The position numbers and the translations under genes are program-made. Of a DNA stretch of 64,000 bases, positions 50,488 to 62,252 are shown piece after piece. The stretch spans positions 96,001 through 160,000 of the forward strand of contig CAVYYZ010000002.1 in assembly GCA_963772835.1 (NCBI GenBank), written 5' to 3'. The notes below the pieces were generated by a model, which saw nothing but the letters and a program-made list of their open reading frames with translations, had not been told where the DNA came from and searched no databases. How positions within the stretch are numbered: the first letter of the stretch is position 1; the number at the start of each line of letters is the position of its first letter. The stretch is from an uncultured delta proteobacterium (lineage in GTDB: Bacteria > Desulfobacterota > Desulfuromonadia > Geobacterales > Pseudopelobacteraceae).

Positions 50488-51297
50488 ATGGGAATCAGGG
50501 ATATATTGGTGCATCTTGACAATCTTGACGCAACCGGAAATCGATTGGAATTAGCTGTTAAATATGCCCAGAAGCATGGAGCTAATCTCAGGGGGTTGTA
50601 TATTGCAAACAACACATTTTTCGAGCCGCGTAATAGTCTGGAACAGTCAAACTACGAACGAGTCGAGACAATGTTCAGAGAAAAGTCGGCTGCTTCCGGA
50701 ATTTCATCCGAATGGATCAAACTAGGCCGTTCGAGTAACGGTGCCGGCATAATGGATATAATGACCACCCATTCCTATTACACGGATCTAGTCGTTGTCG
50801 GGCAACCACATTTAAAACAAGCGAGCCTGAATATACAGCCGGACCTACCTGAGCGTCTTGTGATGCTATGCGGCCGGCCAGTCCTCATCGTACCATATGT
50901 GGGGTCCTTTGAAACAGCCGGAGATCGAATCATGATCGCCTGGAGAGCTGGTCGCGAATCAGTTAGAAGCGTAAATGACGCGATGCCGTGTATCGAAAAG
51001 GCTCATCACGTTTCCGTGATTGAAGTTAGCGTGGAATCAATCCCTGCTGAGAGTAACGACCATATCGCATATGTACGTGACTTTATTGCCCGACATAATG
51101 TAACAGCACGAACCGAACAGATTTTTGCCGGGAACTTTTCAGTCGGCGACACTATACTTAACCTTGCCTGTGAGAAAACAGTCGACTTGCTGGTAATGGG
51201 ATCGTACGCCCATTCAAAGAGGGGGACTCTCATTTTAAGCCCTGTCGCTAATCACATCCTAAAACATTTAACTTTGCCAGTTCTTATGTCACATTGA
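50488..51297 (+). CDS. Universal stress protein (tandem UspA domains)
   Basis: DILVHLD, DLVVVGQ, GRPVLIVP, DLLVMGSY, PVLMSH. Confidence 0.88.
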   Translation: MGIRDILVHLDNLDATGNRLELAVKYAQKHGANLRGLYIANNTFFEPRNSLEQSNYERVETMFREKSAASGISSEWIKLGRSSNGAGIMDIMTTHSYYTDLVVVGQPHLKQASLNIQPDLPERLVMLCGRPVLIVPYVGSFETAGDRIMIAWRAGRESVRSVNDAMPCIEKAHHVSVIEVSVESIPAESNDHIAYVRDFIARHNVTARTEQIFAGNFSVGDTILNLACEKTVDLLVMGSYAHSKRGTLILSPVANHILKHLTLPVLMSH

Positions 51298-51330
51298 AAT
51301 TGAATTTACCATTGGACACACAAGAGAGCC

Positions 51331-51732
51331 ATGAACAATACACATGAGAATGAAGAATTAATTTCAATTGGTGACCTGGCCAAGAGCCTGGGACTTACCA
51401 CGAGAACCTTGCGCTATTGGGAAGAATCCGGAATCATTGAAGCTGCCCCGAGATCAGACGGCAGCAACCGCTTTTACAAACAGGATATTGCAAAAAGAGT
51501 TCGCTTTATTATTAAACTTAAAGAGCTTGGCCTGACAATTCAGGAGTTACAGGATCTTTACAATGCATATGGCGAAGCGAAAAGAACTGATCGAATGATT
51601 CCGGCACTCGTCCGGGTATTGGATAAACACATCAATCTTGTGGATGAAAAAATGGCTCGTATGGCTTCATTACGGAAAGATATTGTAGAATATCGCCAAC
51701 GCATGCATTCAAAATTGAATACAATCGCTTAG
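51331..51732 (+). CDS. MerR-family transcriptional regulator (LiuR-like context)
   Basis: ISIGDLAKSLGLTTRTLRYWEE; KLKELGLTIQEL. Confidence 0.9.
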   Translation: MNNTHENEELISIGDLAKSLGLTTRTLRYWEESGIIEAAPRSDGSNRFYKQDIAKRVRFIIKLKELGLTIQELQDLYNAYGEAKRTDRMIPALVRVLDKHINLVDEKMARMASLRKDIVEYRQRMHSKLNTIA

Positions 51733-51782
51733 TAGACGACCTGATTATACCTTATCGATTATTTTGTTAATCAAGCCAACAC

Positions 51783-51818
51783 ACAAAAGCGGCGTGGAAG
51801 AATCCACGCCGCTTTTGT
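51783..51818. terminator. Bidirectional rho-independent terminator
   Basis: ACAAAAGCGGCGTGGA-agaa-TCCACGCCGCTTTTGT between the convergent MerR gene and rplQ. Confidence 0.9.
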
Positions 51819-51898
51819 ATTAACTATATAGTTTCTTAACTTGATCAGTCACCCGAAATTGAATATAGCGGTTCCAGGGACAACCATCCGGCATTTTA

Positions 51899-52297
51899 TT
51901 AGGCTTTAGCAGAAGCCAGTTTTGCCTTGGCTGGTTTGATTTCCTCTTCAACAAGTTCAATCAGAGAGACCGGTGCGGCATCGCCCTGACGAATACCAAG
52001 TTTAATGATTCTGGTATAGCCACCAAGACGTTCCTTATAACGAGGAGCAATTGTTGAAAACAATTTAGAAACAACCGATTTTTCGCGAATCACAGAAGCG
52101 GCCAATCGCATTGAATGAAGATCACCACGCTTACCGAGAGTTATCATCTGCTCAGCAACAACACGAATTTCTTTAGCTTTTGCATCTGTCGTGGTAATTT
52201 TCCCGTGATCAAGAAGTGAAGTTACCATATTTCTGAACATCGCAACGCGATGACTCGTTTTTCTGCCTAATCTTCTGCCAGATTTATTGTGACGCAT
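51899..52297 (-). CDS. rplQ: 50S ribosomal protein L17
   Basis: [18 protein letters not shown]. Confidence 0.98.
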   Translation of the reverse strand: MRHNKSGRRLGRKTSHRVAMFRNMVTSLLDHGKITTTDAKAKEIRVVAEQMITLGKRGDLHSMRLAASVIREKSVVSKLFSTIAPRYKERLGGYTRIIKLGIRQGDAAPVSLIELVEEEIKPAKAKLASAKA

Positions 52298-52335
52298 ATA
52301 AATATTTCCTTTCTAAACTAGACCGGTTATTAAGA

Positions 52336-53358
52336 TTACTCTTCTTCTTTTTGCTCGCCACGTAAACGAATCATCAACTCTGGATCGGGGAAACTATCAA
52401 TTTTCATCCCGAAAGTAAGACCCATATCAGAGAGAATATCTTTTATTTCATTGAGTGATTTGCGACCAAAATTCTGAGTTTTTAACATTTCCGACTCAGA
52501 TTTTGTTACCAATTCACCGATTAGCTTTATACCGGCATTCTTAAGACAATTAGCAGACCGGACAGAAAGCTCTAACTCTTCAACGGTGCGATAAAGATTT
52601 TCATTTACCTTATCTTTATCTTCCTGAGATTCTTCATCAACCTCAGGTTCGAATTCCTCATCAAAATTAATGAATATGGAAAGCTGCTCCTTCAGAATCT
52701 TTGCAGAGTAAGCGACAGCATCTTCTGGTTTAACACTTCCATCAGTCCATATTTCAAGGTTAAGCTTGTCATAATCTGTCATTTGACCGACACGAGCATT
52801 AGTAACTGAAAAGTTAACCTTTTTAATGGGTGTGTAAATCGAATCAATCGGAATAGTTCCAACCGGCGCCTTTTCATCACGATTACGGTCAGCAGAAACG
52901 TAACCTTTGCCCATTTTTACGGTCATCTCTACATCAAGATTTGCGTCCTTCCCACACGTTGCAATATAGTGATCAGGATTCATTACTTCAACATTATGAC
53001 CGACAATGATATCGCCGGCAGTAATAACTCCGACTCCCTTATGTTTAAAGTGAATCACTGCCTGATCTGAAGAATGTAATTTGAGCCGTACTCCCTTGAG
53101 ATTCAGGATTATATCTGTTACATCTTCAGTGACTCCCTGAATGACAGAGAATTCGTGCAATACACCTTTAATCCTGAGAGACGTAATAGCGGCCCCTTGC
53201 AGAGAAGAAAGCAACACTCGTCTGAGGGAATTACCCAAAGTAGTGCCAAATCCTCGTTCAAAAGGTTCCGCATAAAACTTACCATAAGTAGCTGTTAAAG
53301 TATTCTTTTCAACCTGAAGTTGTTTCGGTTTAATAAGATCCCGCCAGTTTTTATACAT
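52336..53358 (-). CDS. rpoA: RNA polymerase alpha subunit
   Basis: [35 protein letters not shown]. Confidence 0.99.
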   Translation of the reverse strand: MYKNWRDLIKPKQLQVEKNTLTATYGKFYAEPFERGFGTTLGNSLRRVLLSSLQGAAITSLRIKGVLHEFSVIQGVTEDVTDIILNLKGVRLKLHSSDQAVIHFKHKGVGVITAGDIIVGHNVEVMNPDHYIATCGKDANLDVEMTVKMGKGYVSADRNRDEKAPVGTIPIDSIYTPIKKVNFSVTNARVGQMTDYDKLNLEIWTDGSVKPEDAVAYSAKILKEQLSIFINFDEEFEPEVDEESQEDKDKVNENLYRTVEELELSVRSANCLKNAGIKLIGELVTKSESEMLKTQNFGRKSLNEIKDILSDMGLTFGMKIDSFPDPELMIRLRGEQKEEE

Positions 53359-53423
53359 TGCTACCTCCTCCGGAAATAGAAAACCGGGTGTCGTTAAAAA
53401 CTAGAATCAGCAGCTTCCAGAAA

Positions 53424-54050
53424 TTACTTTGAATAGAGCTCAACAATGAGCTGTTCCTGGATAGGAGTGGTGATATCCTCACGAGTCGGAACACCTTTAA
53501 GTGTGCCTTTGAAGGAATCACGGTCTAGCTCTAACCACTGCGGAATTCCGCGACGTACAACCGCTTCCAGAGCGTCATTAATAGCAACAACCTTGCGGCT
53601 TTTCTCCCGTAACTCAATAACATCTCCAGCTCTAAGCTGAACAGATGGAATATCGACTTTTCGACCATTAATAGTAAAGTGGCCATGGCGAACGAGTTGT
53701 CGGGATTCTGAACGAGAAGTTGCAAAACCAAGGCGATATGCAACATTATCAAATCTACGCTCAAGTAAGGAAAGAAGATTCTCGCCAGTAACGCCTTTCA
53801 TTCTATCAGCTAACTTGAAGTAACTGCGAAACTGCTTCTCAAGGATACAATAGATACGGCGTACTTTTTGTTTTTCACGAAGCTGTGTGCCGTAAGCGGA
53901 TACTTTAGTCCTGCCCTGTCCATGCTGGCCTGGAGCGTAATTACGACGTTTAATTGCACACTTGTCAGTGTAGCAACGATCACCTTTTAAAAACAGTTCT
54001 GTGTTTTCTCTTCTGCACAAACGGCATGAAGGTCCTGTATATCGAGCCAA
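53424..54050 (-). CDS. rpsD: 30S ribosomal protein S4
   Basis: [26 protein letters not shown]. Confidence 0.98.
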   Translation of the reverse strand: MARYTGPSCRLCRRENTELFLKGDRCYTDKCAIKRRNYAPGQHGQGRTKVSAYGTQLREKQKVRRIYCILEKQFRSYFKLADRMKGVTGENLLSLLERRFDNVAYRLGFATSRSESRQLVRHGHFTINGRKVDIPSVQLRAGDVIELREKSRKVVAINDALEAVVRRGIPQWLELDRDSFKGTLKGVPTREDITTPIQEQLIVELYSK

Positions 54051-54082
54051 TGAAAACCCCCTTGAAAGTTGTTACGAATAAA

Positions 54083-54478
54083 TTAAACTCTTCTTCTCTT
54101 TGGCGGACGGCAGCCGTTGTGAGGAATTGGCGTAACGTCTTTAATGAAACTTATGCTGAAACCAGCCGCCTGAAGTGCACGAAGAGCAGATTCACGACCG
54201 GAACCAGGACCCTTAACATAGACTTCAACAGTACGCATTCCATGCTCTTGAGCTTTTTTGGCGCAATCTTCAGCAGCAATCTGAGCAGCAAACGGAGTAC
54301 TTTTGCGCGAGCCCTTAAAACCTTTGGCACCTGCTGTCGACCAAGCAACAACATTTCCAACAGGATCGGTAATTGTAATAATAGTGTTGTTAAAAGTTGC
54401 CTGAATATGAGCAACACCATTTGAAATATTTTTACGTTCTTTTTTCTTACGTACGACCTTTTTTGTTGGACTTGCCAT
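54083..54478 (-). CDS. rpsK: 30S ribosomal protein S11
   Basis: [18 protein letters not shown]. Confidence 0.98.
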   Translation of the reverse strand: MASPTKKVVRKKKERKNISNGVAHIQATFNNTIITITDPVGNVVAWSTAGAKGFKGSRKSTPFAAQIAAEDCAKKAQEHGMRTVEVYVKGPGSGRESALRALQAAGFSISFIKDVTPIPHNGCRPPKRRRV

Positions 54479-54501
54479 TCGTATTCTCCAGAGCTAGTTT
54501 A

Positions 54502-54870
54502 TTATTTCTTCTTACCGGCGACCGTACGTGCAGGGCCTTTGCGTGTGCGTGCATTCGTTTTTGTACGCTGGCCGTTGCAGGGGAGGCCTTTACGATGGCG
54601 GAGACCTCTATAACATCCAAGATCCATAAGACGCTTGATATTCATTGAGATCTCACGGCGCAAGTCGCCCTCAACCTTACAATTGCGATCAATTTCTTCA
54701 CGAAGCTTTGCAACTTCAGTCTCGGTTAGTTTATCTGTACGAGTATCGGGGTTTATCTGACTTGCAGCAACAATACGCTCTGCAGAAGAATTGCCTATAC
54801 CGTAAATATACGTTAATGCGATAACGATTCGTTTGTTTTTTGGTAAATCAATACCTGAAATACGTGCCAA
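54502..54870 (-). CDS. rpsM: 30S ribosomal protein S13
   Basis: [23 protein letters not shown]. Confidence 0.98.
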   Translation of the reverse strand: MARISGIDLPKNKRIVIALTYIYGIGNSSAERIVAASQINPDTRTDKLTETEVAKLREEIDRNCKVEGDLRREISMNIKRLMDLGCYRGLRHRKGLPCNGQRTKTNARTRKGPARTVAGKKK

Positions 54871-54892
54871 TGGAAATACCCCCTTTAATAAC

Positions 54893-55006
54893 TCATCCTT
54901 GACGTTGAGAATGCTTGGGGATGTCGCAGATTACACGTACAACACCCTTGCGTTTAACAATTTTGCACTTGTCACATATTTTCTTCACAGATGCACGTAC
55001 TTTCAT
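54893..55006 (-). CDS. rpmJ: 50S ribosomal protein L36
   Basis: Read manually: [37 protein letters not shown]. Confidence 0.97.
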   Translation of the reverse strand: MKVRASVKKICDKCKIVKRKGVVRVICDIPKHSQRQG

Positions 55007-55033
55007 AAAACTCCCCATACACGGATTCTATTA

Positions 55034-55780
55034 TTATATCCGAGTTAGTATTTCAGGTCCGTTCTCAGTTATGGCCACGGTATGTTCAAAATGAGCTGAC
55101 AAACCGCCATCACACGTTACTACAGTCCAATTATCACTTAACACTCTAACTTCATGAGATTTTTCATTAATCATCGGTTCGATTGCCAGTACCATGCCCG
55201 GCTTAAGTACAATACCTTTACCTGCGATACCGTAATTCGGTATTTGTGGATCTTCATGCAGATTTTTTCCAATACCATGACCGACAAAATCTCTGACTAC
55301 AGAATACCCTCTACATTCAACGTATTTTTGAACAGAAGCAGAAATATCCCCTAACCTATTCCCAGGGACTGCCATTTCAATGGCTGCATAAAGGGAACCC
55401 TCAGTAGCTGCAATCAAGTCCTTTGCAGCATCTGATACGGAGCCAACAGGTACCGTTATCGCGGCATCGCCGTAAAAACCGTCATATACGACCCCAAAGT
55501 CCATGCTGAGTATATCGCCAGCTCTCAACAGGTCCTTATTCGGGAGTCCATGTACTACCTGATCATTGGGCGAACAACACAAAGAACTCGGATACTTGTT
55601 ATAACCACGAAAAGCGCACTTTGCACTAAGCTTTCGAGCACTAATGGACGCATAGGCATCAAGTTCATATGAAGTGATCCCAGGGCATACTAACGAACGC
55701 AACCCATCGAGAATCTCAGCAACGATAGAGCTGGCAACTCTCATTCTATCAATCTCTCTCCGAGATTTAAGAACGATCAC
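55034..55780 (-). CDS. map: Methionine aminopeptidase type I
   Basis: VHGLP, GFYGDAA, GHGIG, AIEPM, SAHFEHT. Start lies between 55780 and 55786. Confidence 0.97.
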   Translation of the reverse strand: MIVLKSRREIDRMRVASSIVAEILDGLRSLVCPGITSYELDAYASISARKLSAKCAFRGYNKYPSSLCCSPNDQVVHGLPNKDLLRAGDILSMDFGVVYDGFYGDAAITVPVGSVSDAAKDLIAATEGSLYAAIEMAVPGNRLGDISASVQKYVECRGYSVVRDFVGHGIGKNLHEDPQIPNYGIAGKGIVLKPGMVLAIEPMINEKSHEVRVLSDNWTVVTCDGGLSAHFEHTVAITENGPEILTRI

Positions 55781-56432
55781 CATCACCGCCTGCGCCTATG
55801 ATAGCAGAGATACTAGCCTGGATATTACTTATTGAATCACTGCCCGACACACTATACAGAATACCTAAACCACTAAAAAAAGACTTAAGGGAAGAGGTTT
55901 GATCTTCATACACTTTAAGACGATATCTTACTGTCTGCTCAGAATCATCATCACGCTGCACAAGAGGAGAACCACATGAATCGCAGATCCCTTCTCTCTC
56001 TGGTTTATCATAAAGTACATGAAAACCTTTACCACATGAAGAACAGGTTCTTCTGCCCGACAATCTGCCAATTAATTCATCGTTATCAACATCAAATGAA
56101 ATAACAAAATCAATCTTTTTACCAATTCCACTTAACAATGTGATTAGTGAATCAGCCTGAGGAATAGTCCGCGGAAAACCATCCAAAATAAATCCAAACC
56201 TGCAGTCTTCCTGAGATACACGCTCTTTAACTAAATCCAGAACGATTTCATCAGAGACAAGACCCCCTGCATCCATAATGGACTTAGCCATATCACCAAG
56301 AGGCGTTTTAGCCTTAACAGCTGACCTCAACATATCCCCGGTTGAAATCTGAGGGATACCATACCGTTCGACAATAAACTGTGCCTGGGTTCCTTTTCCA
56401 GATCCGGGAGGACCAAAGAGAACAACATTCAC
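55767..56432 (-). CDS. adk: Adenylate kinase
   Basis: GPPGSGKGTQ, STGDMLR, LDGFPRT, Zn-binding LID cysteines. Confidence 0.98.
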   Translation of the reverse strand: MNVVLFGPPGSGKGTQAQFIVERYGIPQISTGDMLRSAVKAKTPLGDMAKSIMDAGGLVSDEIVLDLVKERVSQEDCRFGFILDGFPRTIPQADSLITLLSGIGKKIDFVISFDVDNDELIGRLSGRRTCSSCGKGFHVLYDKPEREGICDSCGSPLVQRDDDSEQTVRYRLKVYEDQTSSLKSFFSGLGILYSVSGSDSISNIQASISAIIGAGGDGDRS

Positions 56433-56435
56433 GGT

Positions 56436-57743
56436 CTATCGTCTCCCTTTTATACGCACACCCTTAAGAAAGCCCTCATAGTTCCGGGTAATAAGGTGTG
56501 ATTCTATCTGCGATACAGTGTCCATTCCAACACCAACTGCAATTAACAGGGCTGTTCCACCGAAGTAAAACGGAAGATTAAATTTTCCAATTAATATGGT
56601 TGGTAAAATGCATACTATCGAGATATATACCGCACCAACAAAGGTCAACCTGGTAAGTACGGTATCTATAAAGTCAGAGGTCTCTTTCCCTGGGCGAATG
56701 CCAGGAATATACCCACCCTGTTTTTTAATGTTATCAGCAACATCTATAGGATTAAAAGTCACAGCCGTATAGAAGTAGCAGAAGAAGACTATAAAAGCAA
56801 CGAAAAAGATATTATAGGCCAGATTACCCGGCGACATACTTTTAGCAGCAGTCTTGACCCATGGGATATCTATAAAGTTCGCTATTGTGGCAGGAAACAT
56901 AATAATTGATGACGCAAATATAGGTGGAATTACGCCGGCCATATTTATTTTTAACGGCAAATGTGAAGTCTGTGCATTAAAAGTCTTAAGGCCAACAACT
57001 CTTTTAGCATAGTGTATCGGTAAACGTCTCTGGCCGCGCTCAACAAAAACAATAATTGCGATAACAGCAAACATGATCACAAGAACAAACATAAGAACAA
57101 ACAGTGATAGTTGCCCGGCATTTACAAGTTTGGACGTATTATAGAGTGCTTTGGGAATGTTAACGACAATCCCGGCAAAAATGATCAAAGAGATTCCGTT
57201 ACCGATACCTTTTTCGGACATTTGTTCACCGAGCCACATTACGAATGCGGTGCCGGCCGTTAAGGTGATAACCGTTAATATTCGGAAACCCCATCCCGGA
57301 CTTGGCACTACTAATTCTCCAGCCGGACCACGCATGCTCTCAAGGCCGACAGCAACGCCCATTCCCTGGACTACACTTAATACGATAGTGCCATATCGGG
57401 TATACTGAACAATCTTTTTCCTACCAGCTTCACCCTCTTTAGAAAGTTTTTCAATAGAAGGGATGACAACAGTAAGAAGCTGAAAAATGATTGAAGAAGA
57501 TATATACGGCATAATCCCGAGTGCGAACACCGTAAGTCGCTCTAATGCGCCACCTGAAAACATGTCGAAAAGACCCAACAAAGTCCCTTGTGACTGTTTA
57601 AAAAAATGTGCTAACGCAATTCGGTCGATTCCAGGAGTCGGTATATGGCAACCGACTCGATATACGGCAAGCATTCCCAAAGAATATAAAACACGCTTTT
57701 TCAACTCAGGAATCTTGAATATATTCTGGAGAGCCTCAAACAC
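56436..57743 (-). CDS. secY: Preprotein translocase subunit SecY
   Basis: [23 protein letters not shown]. Confidence 0.98.
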   Translation of the reverse strand: MFEALQNIFKIPELKKRVLYSLGMLAVYRVGCHIPTPGIDRIALAHFFKQSQGTLLGLFDMFSGGALERLTVFALGIMPYISSSIIFQLLTVVIPSIEKLSKEGEAGRKKIVQYTRYGTIVLSVVQGMGVAVGLESMRGPAGELVVPSPGWGFRILTVITLTAGTAFVMWLGEQMSEKGIGNGISLIIFAGIVVNIPKALYNTSKLVNAGQLSLFVLMFVLVIMFAVIAIIVFVERGQRRLPIHYAKRVVGLKTFNAQTSHLPLKINMAGVIPPIFASSIIMFPATIANFIDIPWVKTAAKSMSPGNLAYNIFFVAFIVFFCYFYTAVTFNPIDVADNIKKQGGYIPGIRPGKETSDFIDTVLTRLTFVGAVYISIVCILPTILIGKFNLPFYFGGTALLIAVGVGMDTVSQIESHLITRNYEGFLKGVRIKGRR

Positions 57744-58186
57744 TATGCCATCTCCTCAACAGTGCCGCCAGCGGCTACGATTTTATCCTTGGCAGACTGA
57801 CTGAATTTATGTGCAGATACCTTAAAAGGTTTGGTTATATCCCCATTACCTAGAATTTTAACTGCAAAACGATCAGATTTAATGAGGCCCTGAGAAACAA
57901 GTGCAATAACATCAATAACAGCCCCTGCTTCAAATATGTCGAGCTTATCAATGTTTACAAGCGAATACTCTATGCGGTCAAGTGGTGTAAAGCCACGTTT
58001 AGGCAATCGACGCTGTAATGGCATCTGCCCACCCTCGAAACCGGCTTTTATACTTCCGCCTGAACGCGCTTTTTGCCCTTTATGGCCTTTTGTAGCGGTT
58101 TTGCCGTGACCAGAGCCAGTACCACGACCGATACGTTTTCTGTTTTTTGTTGACCCAATAGAAGGTCTCAGATTATTAAGTTCCAT
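57743..58186 (-). CDS. rplO: 50S ribosomal protein L15
   Basis: [18 protein letters not shown]. Confidence 0.98.
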   Translation of the reverse strand: MELNNLRPSIGSTKNRKRIGRGTGSGHGKTATKGHKGQKARSGGSIKAGFEGGQMPLQRRLPKRGFTPLDRIEYSLVNIDKLDIFEAGAVIDVIALVSQGLIKSDRFAVKILGNGDITKPFKVSAHKFSQSAKDKIVAAGGTVEEMA

Positions 58187-58203
58187 GAAGTCGACCCCTT
58201 TAT

Positions 58204-58380
58204 CTATTCAACGGTCAATAAATGACCAACCTTATTGATCATACCCCTAATTTGTGGGCTGTCTTGCCGCAGTACTGTCTGATTGATTTTGGACAGACCA
58301 AGGCCAGCAACAACTGCACAATGTTTTTTAGGAGCACATATAGTGCTTTTTATCAGCGTTATCTTAAGCATACTGCTCAT
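58204..58380 (-). CDS. rpmD: 50S ribosomal protein L30
   Basis: Read manually: MSSMLKITLIKSTI...GLGLSKINQTVLRQDSPQIRGMINKVGHLLTVE. Confidence 0.95.
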   Translation of the reverse strand: MSSMLKITLIKSTICAPKKHCAVVAGLGLSKINQTVLRQDSPQIRGMINKVGHLLTVE

Positions 58381-58404
58381 AATTATATCCCCGTATATCG
58401 AGAG

Positions 58405-58893
58405 TTATTCTGTAATACCACGACGAGCGGCAATCTCTTCTGGAGTTTTAAGACGCTGCAGACCCTGGAAAGCGGCTTTAATAACGTTGTGAGGATTATT
58501 CGAACCTAAACATTTAGAGAGAATGTTATTAATGCCCGCTGCCTCAAAAATTGCACGTGCAGCACCGCCTGCTATAACACCTGTACCTGCAGAAGCAGGT
58601 TTCATCAGGAGGCGACCGGCTCCGAATTTGCCCTCTATTTCAAACGGAATTGTCTGGTTTGAATTTACAGGAACTTTAATAAGGTTCTTTTTAGCCTGTT
58701 CTACGCCCTTCCTAATCGCTTCAGGGACCTCATTCGCTTTACCAAGCCCATATCCCACAAAACCGTTGCCGTCGCCAACAACAATTAACGCAGAGAAACT
58801 GAACCGACGGCCACCCTTTACAACTTTGGCAACACGACTGATATGAACAACTTTGTCTGTAAGATTTAGTTCTGCCGGATTAATTCTACTCAA
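58405..58893 (-). CDS. rpsE: 30S ribosomal protein S5
   Basis: [22 protein letters not shown]. Confidence 0.98.
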   Translation of the reverse strand: MSRINPAELNLTDKVVHISRVAKVVKGGRRFSFSALIVVGDGNGFVGYGLGKANEVPEAIRKGVEQAKKNLIKVPVNSNQTIPFEIEGKFGAGRLLMKPASAGTGVIAGGAARAIFEAAGINNILSKCLGSNNPHNVIKAAFQGLQRLKTPEEIAARRGITE

Positions 58894-58912
58894 AGAAAAC
58901 CTCCCATACTTA

Positions 58913-59278
58913 TTAAAAAATCAACCCGGATTCGCGGGCTGAATCTGCAAGCGCTTTGATCCTGCCGTGATAAAGAAAGCCATTACGGTCAAAAACTACT
59001 GAAGAGAAACCCTTAGCAAGAGCAAGTTTTGCAACCTCCTTGCCTACAAGTGCCGCCGCTGCAATATTACCGGTATAAGAAAGATCCTTTGCCGCTTCCG
59101 ATAAAGTCGAAGCAGCAACCAGTGTTGTACCATTTGTATCATCAATTAACTGAGCATATATATGACGTGCGCTCTTGAATACATTGAGGCGTGGACGTTC
59201 CGTTGTCCCGCGTACTTTTTTCCTGACCCGGACTTGACGTTTAAGCCGAGTAATTGTCTTAATAGCTGTCTTAGCCAC
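58913..59278 (-). CDS. rplR: 50S ribosomal protein L18
   Basis: [21 protein letters not shown]. Confidence 0.98.
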   Translation of the reverse strand: MAKTAIKTITRLKRQVRVRKKVRGTTERPRLNVFKSARHIYAQLIDDTNGTTLVAASTLSEAAKDLSYTGNIAAAALVGKEVAKLALAKGFSSVVFDRNGFLYHGRIKALADSARESGLIF

Positions 59279-59296
59279 AAAATCTCCTTATAAAGA

Positions 59297-59836
59297 CTAT
59301 TTCTTGCCGGTTTTACCAGCTTTTCTTAGGATAGTCTCGTCAGCATATTTAATCCCTTTACCCTTGTAGGGTTCAGGTCTACGGAACGATCTGATCTTTG
59401 CAGCCGTCTGACCAACAAGTTCTTTATCAAAACCCTTGACAGCAAGCTTTGTCATTTTTTCAACATCAACCGAAATTCCTTCAGGAATCGGAAAGTTTAC
59501 AGGGTGAGAATAACCAAGCGCAAGAACAAGCTCATTTCCCTTAACTTCCGCTCGATAACCGACCCCGTTGATCTCAAGATCTCTCTGAAAGCCCTTGGTA
59601 ACACCAACAACCATGTTATTGATCAATGTACGCGTGAGACCATGGGCTGAACGTGCTGCGGTTGAATCGTCACAACGCGTCACTTCGATGGCAGTATCAC
59701 GAATATCAAGAGCAACAACAGACATAATTTTACGTGTTAATGCGCCGATAGGGCCTTTGACTGAAAGAACTGAATCAGTAAAAGAAATTTTCACACCTGC
59801 TGGTATCTCAATTGGCTTTTTACCTATTCTAGACAT
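59297..59836 (-). CDS. rplF: 50S ribosomal protein L6
   Basis: [17 protein letters not shown]. Confidence 0.98.
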   Translation of the reverse strand: MSRIGKKPIEIPAGVKISFTDSVLSVKGPIGALTRKIMSVVALDIRDTAIEVTRCDDSTAARSAHGLTRTLINNMVVGVTKGFQRDLEINGVGYRAEVKGNELVLALGYSHPVNFPIPEGISVDVEKMTKLAVKGFDKELVGQTAAKIRSFRRPEPYKGKGIKYADETILRKAGKTGKK

Positions 59837-59861
59837 CTAAAAGTACTCCTTGTCGCAATTA

Positions 59862-60260
59862 TTACCAGACACTGCAGATCAGCTCGCCACCAACCCCTGA
59901 CTTTCGGGCACTATTATCAGTTATTATTCCTTTAGAAGTAGAAAGAATGGCAATTCCTAGCCCACTTTTTATCAATGGAATATTCTCTGACTTAACGTAC
60001 ACTCTACCACCTGGCTTGCTGATACGTTTAATCTCATTTATAACGCTATCTTTTTCATCGATATACTTCAAGTAAACTCGCAGGACACCCTGAAGGTTAT
60101 CAGATATAACCTTATAGTTTTTGATAAAGCCTTCTTGCTTTAAAACGTTAGCAATACTGACTTTCATATTGGATGATGGAATGTCTACTTTCTGATGCTT
60201 TACCATATTAGCGTTTCTAATTCTGGTAAGCATGTCAGCAATTGGGTCTGTCATGGACAT
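59862..60260 (-). CDS. rpsH: 30S ribosomal protein S8
   Basis: [18 protein letters not shown]. Confidence 0.98.
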   Translation of the reverse strand: MSMTDPIADMLTRIRNANMVKHQKVDIPSSNMKVSIANVLKQEGFIKNYKVISDNLQGVLRVYLKYIDEKDSVINEIKRISKPGGRVYVKSENIPLIKSGLGIAILSTSKGIITDNSARKSGVGGELICSVW

Positions 60261-60302
60261 TGTGAATGTGCTCCTGTCTCTTTATCTATATGCAACTTTT
60301 AG

Positions 60303-60488
60303 TTACCAGCTCGATTTTATCACACCGGGTATCTGGCCGGACGAGGCATACTTGCGCAGACAGATTCTGCACATCTCGAACTTGCGATAAAACGCTTTTG
60401 GACGACCGCAGATTGGACAGCGATTGTGCTGCCGAACCTTAAATTTTGGTGGACGTTGAGACTTAATGATCATTGATACTTTTGCCAC
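60303..60488 (-). CDS. rpsN: 30S ribosomal protein S14, Zn-binding type Z
   Basis: RCPICGR...[13 protein letters not shown]. Confidence 0.98.
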   Translation of the reverse strand: MAKVSMIIKSQRPPKFKVRQHNRCPICGRPKAFYRKFEMCRICLRKYASSGQIPGVIKSSW

Positions 60489-60505
60489 TGAATCCTCCAG
60501 ATATC

Positions 60506-61045
60506 TTAGTTCCTGAACGGCATGCCCAGGTACTTGAGAAGTGCTTTACCTTCTTCGTCTGTTTTAGCACTTGTTACAATAGTAATATTCATTCCCTTTA
60601 TCTTATCAACATTATCATAGTTGATCTCAGGAAAAATAAGCTGGTCTTTGATCCCGAGCGTGTAATTCCCTTTACCATCAAAAGCTTTGCCAGAAACACC
60701 TTTGAAGTCACGAACCCTTGCAAGTGAGACATTCACCAAACGATCAAGAAATTCATACATGCGATCACGACGAAGAGTTACCATACATCCAATTGGCATC
60801 CCCTCTCGAAGCTTAAAGGTTGCGATTGATTTTTTCGCTTTGGTAATCACAGATTTTTGTCCTGTAATCAACCCGAGTTCGGTAGTCGCAGAATCTAGTA
60901 TCTTAACATTCTGAATTGCTTCACCCAAACCCATGTTAACCACGATTTTCTTGATCTGAGGTACCTGCATACAAGACTTGTAACTAAAATCATTACGAAG
61001 CTTGGGGACAATTTCAGATGTATATATATCTTTTAAACGAGACAT
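60506..61045 (-). CDS. rplE: 50S ribosomal protein L5
   Basis: [19 protein letters not shown]. Start placed at 61045 (MSRLK). Confidence 0.98.
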   Translation of the reverse strand: MSRLKDIYTSEIVPKLRNDFSYKSCMQVPQIKKIVVNMGLGEAIQNVKILDSATTELGLITGQKSVITKAKKSIATFKLREGMPIGCMVTLRRDRMYEFLDRLVNVSLARVRDFKGVSGKAFDGKGNYTLGIKDQLIFPEINYDNVDKIKGMNITIVTSAKTDEEGKALLKYLGMPFRN

Positions 61046-61068
61046 TAGATCGATTCCTCCAGAGTATT

Positions 61069-61395
61069 CTAAAGCGTTGTGCCGCACTTTACACATACAC
61101 GTTGTTTCTCACCGTTTTCCAATAACTTCTTGCTGGTTCTTACCGGTTTAGAACATTTCGAACAAAATGGCATAACATTGGAGATATGAATTCGTGCTTC
61201 CTTCTCCTTAATTTCACCAGCTTCATTACCTTTTGCTTTTACATGGCGCTTAATTAAATTAAGACCTTCTACAATTACGCCGTTTTTCTTGGGCAGCAAT
61301 TGAAGAATTTTACCAGTTTTGTTTTTTTCTTTACCGGCAATAACCATTACAGTATCGCCCTTATTAACATGAGGTTTTGTGACTTGCATCATCAT
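61069..61395 (-). CDS. rplX: 50S ribosomal protein L24
   Basis: [19 protein letters not shown]. Confidence 0.97.
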   Translation of the reverse strand: MMMQVTKPHVNKGDTVMVIAGKEKNKTGKILQLLPKKNGVIVEGLNLIKRHVKAKGNEAGEIKEKEARIHISNVMPFCSKCSKPVRTSKKLLENGEKQRVCVKCGTTL

Positions 61396-61407
61396 TCTCC
61401 GATATTT

Positions 61408-61776
61408 TTATAGTACTTCCGGTGCAAGAGAAATAATTTTCATAAATTTTTTGGCTCGCAGTTCTCTGGCAACCGGACCGAAGATACGTGTACCAACCGG
61501 TTCCTTAGCATTGTTGATAACAACACCTGAATTATCATCAAAACGTATATAAGAACCATCAGGGCGGCCCATTGATTTAGCTGTCCTGACTACAACGGCC
61601 TTAACAACATCGCCCTTTTTTACCTTTGAATTCGGCATAGCTTCACGAACAGAAGCGACAATTATATCACCCACTCCTGCATATTTTCTTTTAGACCCGC
61701 CAAGTACTTTAATGCAAAATAACTTCTTGGCACCTGAGTTGTCGGCTACATCCAGTACTGTCTGCATTTGAATCAT
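61408..61776 (-). CDS. rplN: 50S ribosomal protein L14
   Basis: [20 protein letters not shown]. Confidence 0.98.
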   Translation of the reverse strand: MIQMQTVLDVADNSGAKKLFCIKVLGGSKRKYAGVGDIIVASVREAMPNSKVKKGDVVKAVVVRTAKSMGRPDGSYIRFDDNSGVVINNAKEPVGTRIFGPVARELRAKKFMKIISLAPEVL

Positions 61777-61794
61777 TAGATGTTACTCCCTATA

Positions 61795-62052
61795 CTAAGA
61801 GATGCTTTCAATTATCTGTTTAAGGCTCCAGCGCTTATCTTTGCTTAACGGACGGCATTCAATGATCTGAACCCGGTCGCCAACTTTAGAACTGTTAAGC
61901 TCATCGTGGACTTTATATTTAACACTACGTTTAATATACTTGCTGTAGACGCTGTGTTTTACAAGACGATCGACTTTTACTACAACAGTCTTCTCCATCT
62001 TGTCGCTCACAACAACACCTACCTGAGTTTTTCTATGACCGCGTTCACTCAT
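61795..62052 (-). CDS. rpsQ: 30S ribosomal protein S17
   Basis: [22 protein letters not shown]. Confidence 0.98.
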   Translation of the reverse strand: MSERGHRKTQVGVVVSDKMEKTVVVKVDRLVKHSVYSKYIKRSVKYKVHDELNSSKVGDRVQIIECRPLSKDKRWSLKQIIESIS

Positions 62053-62252
62053 TTAGATACTCCCCCTGCCTTACTTTCGGTGAGAATTGTATTAATTCTG
62101 GCAATATTCTTTCGAAGGTTCTTCAGCTTGGAAGTATTCTCTAGCCTGCCTGTATGAAGCTGAAACTTCAGATTAAAAAGTTCCTGAGTCGATTCCGATT
62201 GCTTTTTAAGAAGCTCTTCAGCAGATATTTTTCTAAGGTCATTAGGCTTCAT
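62049..62252 (-). CDS. rpmC: 50S ribosomal protein L29
   Basis: ELFNLKFQ...RKNIARINT. Start placed at 62252. Confidence 0.97.
   Translation of the reverse strand: MKPNDLRKISAEELLKKQSESTQELFNLKFQLHTGRLENTSKLKNLRKNIARINTILTESKAGGVSK

Noticed and set aside
55007..55033. No infA between map and rpmJ
   Set aside because: As I recall, this is the usual Geobacter arrangement, with infA elsewhere.
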